Positions 23,511-24,668 of a DNA stretch of 24,668 bases are shown here, one piece after another; the stretch's first letter is position 1; each line of letters begins with the position of its first letter. This DNA comes from a virus (Duplodnaviria > Heunggongvirae > Uroviricota > Caudoviricetes). The position numbers and the translations under genes were made by a program. The notes below the pieces were generated by a model. That model made no database searches, was not told where the DNA came from, and saw only the letters and a list, made by a program, of their open reading frames with translations. The DNA lies in the IMG/VR virus record IMGVR_UViG_2563366840_000014, positions 1-24,668 of that record, one strand, 5' to 3'.

Positions 23511-24668
23511 ATGGCGGTTGATATTAAAGATGTCGAACAGGTCGCGCAGGAGCTGCAGCAGAAGTTTGACGACTTCAAAGCAAAGAACGACAAGCGCGTG
23601 GATGCGATTGAGCAGGAAAAAGGCAAACTTGCCGGGCAGGTGGAAACCCTGAACGGGAAACTCAGCGAGCTGGAAAACCTCAAAAGCGATCTTGAAAAAG
23701 AGCTGCTTGAGCTGAAACGTCCGGCAGGTGGTGCGCAAAATAAACTGGCCACCGAGCATAAAGAAGCGTTTGTGGGCTTCCTGCGTAAAGGCCGTGAAGA
23801 TGGTCTGCGCGATCTGGAGCGCAAGGCATTACAGGTGGGCACCGATGAAGACGGCGGCTATGCCGTGCCGGAAGCACTGGATCGCAACATTCTTACCCTG
23901 CTGAAAGATGAAGTGGTGATGCGCCAGGAAGCCACGGTGATCACCGTTGGCGGTTCCGACTACAAAAAACTGGTGAATCTGGGCGGCACGGCTTCCGGAT
24001 GGGTTGGCGAGACTGACGCGCGCTCCCAGACTGCCACCTCAAAACTGGGACTGATTGAACCTTTCATGGGGGAAATCTACGGTAACCCGCAGGCTACCCA
24101 GAAAATGCTGGATGATGCCTTTTTCAACGTGGAAGCATGGATCAACAGCGAGCTGGCAACCGAATTTGCCGAACAGGAAGAAATTGCCTTTACCACCGGC
24201 GATGGTACCAAGAAGCCGAAAGGGTTCCTGGCGTATGAATCCACGGATGAAACCGATAAGGTCCGGGCGTTCGGCAAACTTCAGCATATTGTATCCGGCG
24301 AAGCGACGGCGGTGACCGCAGACGCCATTATCAAACTGATTTACACGCTGCGTAAGGCACACCGCACCGGCGCGAAGTTCATGATGAACAACAACAGCCT
24401 GTTTGCCATCCGTCTGCTGAAAGACACCGAGGGTAACTATCTGTGGCGTCCGGGGCTGGAACTGGGGCAGCCGTCCTCTCTGGCGGGTTACGGTATCGCT
24501 GAAAACGAACAGATGCCGGATATCGCCGCTGATGCGAAAGCCATTGCATTTGGTAACTTCAAACGGGGTTACACCATCGTTGACCGTATCGGCACCCGCA
24601 TTCTGCGTGACCCGTACACCAATAAACCGTTTGTCGGTTTTTATACCACCAAGCGCACCGGCGGGATG
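23511..24668 (+). CDS. Major capsid protein (HK97 family), 3' end outside the window
   Basis: ATG at 23511 after GGAGAA; open to the window end (386 codons); N-terminal coiled-coil delta-like region then capsid-like sequence; absent from the ORF track because no stop is reached. Confidence 0.8.
   Translation, partial: MAVDIKDVEQVAQELQQKFDDFKAKNDKRVDAIEQEKGKLAGQVETLNGKLSELENLKSDLEKELLELKRPAGGAQNKLATEHKEAFVGFLRKGREDGLRDLERKALQVGTDEDGGYAVPEALDRNILTLLKDEVVMRQEATVITVGGSDYKKLVNLGGTASGWVGETDARSQTATSKLGLIEPFMGEIYGNPQATQKMLDDAFFNVEAWINSELATEFAEQEEIAFTTGDGTKKPKGFLAYESTDETDKVRAFGKLQHIVSGEATAVTADAIIKLIYTLRKAHRTGAKFMMNNNSLFAIRLLKDTEGNYLWRPGLELGQPSSLAGYGIAENEQMPDIAADAKAIAFGNFKRGYTIVDRIGTRILRDPYTNKPFVGFYTTKRTGGM

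Larger units (their letters stand above)
1176..24668. mobile_element. Lambdoid/HK97-type prophage, left end and about 23.5 kb (continues beyond the right edge), integrated in the 5' end of dusA
   Basis: Left boundary set by the dusA break; contiguous xis, early-left, immunity, replication, Q, lysis, terminase, portal, protease and capsid genes follow. Confidence 0.75.

Noticed and set aside
23408-23842. 144-aa minus-strand ORF, Ser/Arg-rich
   Set aside because: Antisense to the protease end and major capsid start; low-complexity translation.

Overview
The window holds a short AT-rich host flank followed by about 23.5 kb of a lambdoid, HK97-type prophage that appears to be integrated into the 5' end of dusA. 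The host flank is a 235-aa ORF (1-708, yjbM-like by position) plus the displaced native dusA promoter and first 35 codons (1071-1175). From about 1176 the prophage reads: an AT-rich cargo gene and a small ORF; a PrtN-family excisionase-like gene; a minus-strand early-left operon (3'-5' exonuclease, DUF550/DUF551 protein, Ea22-like, HD-domain YfdR-like, YfdQ-like, YfdP-like); an immunity region (LexA-like CI repressor with repeated 18-bp operators, Cro/YdaS-like, YdaT-like); a replication gene with internal iterons; a nin-like block (PerC-like regulator, Dam methyltransferase, LexA-DBD-only protein, RusA, KilA-N, DUF968, Q antiterminator); late promoter and tR' terminator; lysis cassette (two membrane proteins, GH19 endolysin, Rz with embedded Rz1); a second KilA-N gene; HNH endonuclease; P27-family small terminase; large terminase; portal; prohead protease; and the start of an HK97-type major capsid gene running off the right edge. 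No integrase, tRNA, rRNA or CRISPR array is present. The most notable items are the dusA junction, the AT-rich cargo between the att junction and xis, a GC-rich hairpin cluster at 7112-7320, and a convergent overlapping gene pair at 7501-7939. All family assignments come from reading the translations and from recalled motifs; no database search was run.
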